Of a DNA stretch of 20,000 nucleotides, positions 17,265-20,000 are shown in pieces. Position 1 is the first letter of the stretch. Each line of letters begins with the position of its first letter. Under the pieces are notes generated by a model. The model was not told the origin of the DNA. It saw only the letters and a program-made list of their open reading frames with translations, and searched no databases. The position numbers and the translations under genes were made by a program. Source of the DNA: Coniocarpon cinnabarinum (taxonomy: Eukaryota); assembly GCA_051942205.1 (NCBI GenBank), contig JAVECO010000018.1, forward strand, positions 175,263-195,262. The letters run 5' to 3'.

Positions 17265-19643
17265 ATGGATTCTTGGGAGGACGACCCAGACGCCCAAGAT
17301 GATCTCTCGCGGAGAACCCAAGCAATGAACGTCAATCAGCAGGCCCCAGGCATGTTCCAGCCCGGCGCTCAGTCCTTCCAACCAGGCGCTCAATCGTTCC
17401 AGCCTGGCGCTCAGAACTTCCAATCACAATACCCTCAATACGGTGGCTATCCACAACAAGGCTATGAAGCTTATCCGCAGTACGGACAGCAAGGATACGG
17501 AGGATACAATCAGTTTCCGCAATACGGTCAACAAAATGGCTACCCACAATATCAGCAGCAAGCACAATTCCAACAACAGCAGAGATACCAACCCCCGCAG
17601 CAGAGATCCCAGCAACCACCAATGCAAGGCGGGGTACCTCAGATTGCGAAGAGGCCTTCCGCGGGCGAGGCGCCACAAGTAAACAATCAGCAGAGACCTT
17701 CACAGAGTTCAACAAATGGATCAAATGCTGCCGCTGCTCCAGTCAAATCACTCGGCGCAAAGACAATGTCGATAGGTGGCGACGGTGGAGCCAAGGTAGA
17801 GTCGTCTGGCTCTGCGAAAGTTTTGAGCATTGGAGGTGGCGCGCCTGCGGCTCCGAAAAAGGACACCAAAGACGGTAAGTCGACTTAGATGCACTGCACC
17901 CATGCCCTGAGGCGGTGCGATCATGGATCGCGAAGCAAGGTCGTGGCTGTATCCAATTATTTCGTGGAGGCTAACTGGTGGGTTAGAAGCGCCAGTATCA
18001 GCAGCAAAGGCCAACGCGGACCCTTCTGCTCCCTCAGCTGGGTCTAAGACCGTAGCCGCGAAAGCAATCGAAAAAACCACAGAACCCGGCCCTTCTCCTG
18101 CAGGAAATAGCTCCCCACCTTCGTCCGGACGTAACAGCCCAACACCGCAAGAGAAAAGACAAGCTGCACGCGATGCCGACGCCGTTGCAAAGGAACAGAC
18201 TGCGGACGTGGACGACGAGACTTTAAAAGAAATGTATGGCAAGGAGCATGTTAATGTAATTTTCTTGGGCCATGTCGATGCTGGGAAATCTACTTTGGGA
18301 GGTAGCATTCTCTATGCAACCGGTATGGTGGATGAGAGAACTATGGACAAATACAAGAAGGAGGCGAAAGATCAAGGTCGAGAGACCTGGTATCTATCGT
18401 GGGCTCTGGACCTCACTAAAGAAGAGCGAGCTAAAGGCAAGACAGTCGAGGTCGGGCGAGGCTTTTTCGAAACTGAGAAACGGAGGTATTCTATTCTAGA
18501 CGCGCCTGGCCATAAAAACTTTGTACCGAGTATGATTACGGGTGCCTCACAGGCCGATGTTGGAGTACTCGTGATTTCAGCGCGAAAGGGCGAGTACGAG
18601 ACCGGGTTCGAAAAAGGCGGTCAAACACGAGAACACGCGATGCTGGCAAAGACACTTGGCGTCAACAAGCTAGTGATCGTAGTCAACAAGATGGATGATC
18701 CAACCGTCGAGTGGTCGAAAGATCGATATGACGAGTGTACGAAGAAGCTTACCGTTTTTCTGAAAGGCAATGGCTTCAACCCAAAGACCGACCTGGCGTT
18801 CATGCCTATCTCAGCACAAACAACAATCGGCGTCAAAGATCGGGTTTCGAAGGACATCGCTCCTTGGTTCGAGGGACCATCACTACTCGAATACTTGGAT
18901 GGAATGGAGTCTTTTGAGCGAAAAGTGAAGGCGCCGTTTATGATGCCCGTGGCCGCTAAGTATCGTGAAATGGGTACAATGATCGAGGGCAAAATTGAGT
19001 CAGGCGTGCTAAAGAAAGGCATCACATACCTCATGATGCCCTCAAGAGAACAGACACAACTGTCTGCACTTTACGGAGAGACTGAAGACGAGATTGACGC
19101 GGCCTCATGTGGTGACCAAGTATGTTCAGCGCCCAGTTCAAGATCTGAGATGGTCACCATCATTTCCCTTCTTGCGATTTGAGTGTTCGAGAACCTTGCT
19201 AACATTTCGATTAGATACGAGCGAAGCTGCGTAACATCGAAGAGGAAGACATCATGCCCGGCTTTGTCCTCTGCAGTCCCAAGCGGCCCGTCCACTGCGT
19301 CAGCGCCTTCGAAGCACAGATCGTCCTGCTCGAGCTCAAAACCATCCTCAGCGCCGGTTTCAACTGCGTTATGCATGTCCACTCCGCGACAGAAGAAGTC
19401 ACCTTCGGCCAACTGTTACATAAGCTCGAAAAGGGCACGGGGCGGAAAAGCAAGAAGGCTCCTGGCTTCGCGACCAAAGGCATGAGTATCATCGCGCGGC
19501 TGGAAGTCATTGGTGGCGCGGGCAGCATTTGTGTGGAAAGATTCGAGGATTATCCCCAGTTGGGTCGATTCACGCTGAGAGATCAGGGGCAGACGATTGC
19601 GATTGGGAAGATTACGAAGCTGATTACGGACAACACGTCTTGA
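17265..19643 (+). CDS. SUP35: Eukaryotic peptide chain release factor eRF3 (Sup35); exons 17265-17874, 17987-19119, 19215-19643, 723 aa
   Basis: Q/Y/G/P-rich N domain. GTPase motifs KEHVNVIFLGHVDAGKST, GRETWYLSWALD, KGKTVEVG, LDAPGHK, GEYETGFEKGGQTREH and VNKMDD. C-terminus PQLGRFTLRDQGQTIAIGKITKL. Exons 610+1133+429=2172 nt are in frame. Confidence 0.96.
17355..17423 (+). repeat. 21-nt tandem repeat x3.3 encoding FQPGAQS/FQPGAQS/FQPGAQN/FQ
   Basis: ttccagcccggcgctcagtcc ttccaaccaggcgctcaatcg ttccagcctggcgctcagaac ttccaa; the differences between copies are almost all synonymous. Confidence 0.9.
17875..17986 (+). other. SUP35 intron 1 (112 nt, phase 1)
   Basis: Donor G|GTAAGT, branch GCTAAC (17970-17975), acceptor TTAG; the join gives KD-E-APVS. 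Confidence 0.9.
19120..19214 (+). other. SUP35 intron 2 (95 nt, phase 0)
   Basis: Donor CAA|GTATGT, branch TGCTAAC, acceptor TTAG; the join gives the conserved CGDQ|IRAKLRNIEEEDIMPGFVLCS. Confidence 0.93.
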
Positions 19644-19841
19644 AGTGGCTGCTAATGTGTATGACACGGACATGAGTGATGATGAGTTTGGTCCAGCGTC
19701 GACGGCAGCGTCAGGATTGTTGTTAAGACGACACCGAGAGCTGTACCTGTCTTGCTGTAGTCCAGGCACATAAATCTAGAACAAGTCATATTGCTCCCGA
19801 GCATCACTGAAATCAAGTCACGAACACGAACATGGTCAAAG

Positions 19842-20000
19842 TTACCACTCATCCTCTTCGTAGCCTACGAGAGGCGCTTCATGATCGCTATCTTTGCTGG
19901 GGACATGCTCGTCACTACGGCTGCCCACCTGTGCATTTCCAAAGCTCTGCCCACCACTTCTTCTCTCCTTCGGCCTCACACGCACCCCCAAATCAATACC
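19842..20000 (-). CDS. 3' end of an unidentified gene convergent with SUP35 (GIDLGVRVRPKERRSGGQSFGNAQVGSRSDEHVPSKDSDHEAPLVGYEEDEW*)
   Basis: The frame is open from the window edge for 52 codons to TAA at 19844-19842. Composition is protein-like and it ends about 200 nt from the SUP35 stop. Too short to identify. Confidence 0.55.
   Translation of the reverse strand, partial: GIDLGVRVRPKERRSGGQSFGNAQVGSRSDEHVPSKDSDHEAPLVGYEEDEW

Noticed and set aside
1..20000. tRNA, rRNA, snRNA, TPP riboswitch, CRISPR array or intact transposon
   Set aside because: By eye I found no cloverleaf with a T-loop, no conserved RNA signatures, no terminal repeats and no transposase/RT motifs. A covariance-model scan was not possible.

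Overview
Gene-dense eukaryotic window from a filamentous ascomycete (Pezizomycotina-type genes, short GT-AG introns with CTRAY-like branch sites). In order: a 3'-truncated PAP2/DPP1-like lipid phosphatase (-, missed by the ORF track), BFR2/AATF (-), a BSD-domain DOS2-like gene (+), a 535-aa SMI1/KNR4 (SUKH)-domain gene (-), the mitochondrial Fe-S factor IND1/NUBPL (+), a polyol-dehydrogenase-like SDR (-, 1 intron), MED7 (-, 1 intron), a YRB30-like RanGTP-binding protein (-), SUP35/eRF3 with a Q/Y/G-rich prion-like N-terminus (+, 2 introns), and the 3' end of an unknown gene (-). I found no tRNA, rRNA, CRISPR array or intact mobile element. Most of the window is housekeeping. The parts most worth checking are (i) SUP35 intron 1, which separates the prion-like half from the GTPase half and has both an early in-frame stop and an in-frame ATG; (ii) the intergenic block at about 900-2360, with a 236-codon minus-strand frame interrupted only by TGA; (iii) the SUKH-domain gene; and (iv) a 2.5-kb ORF-poor block (12.0-14.5 kb) with intron-like signals. 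All family calls come from motif recognition, not from database searches.
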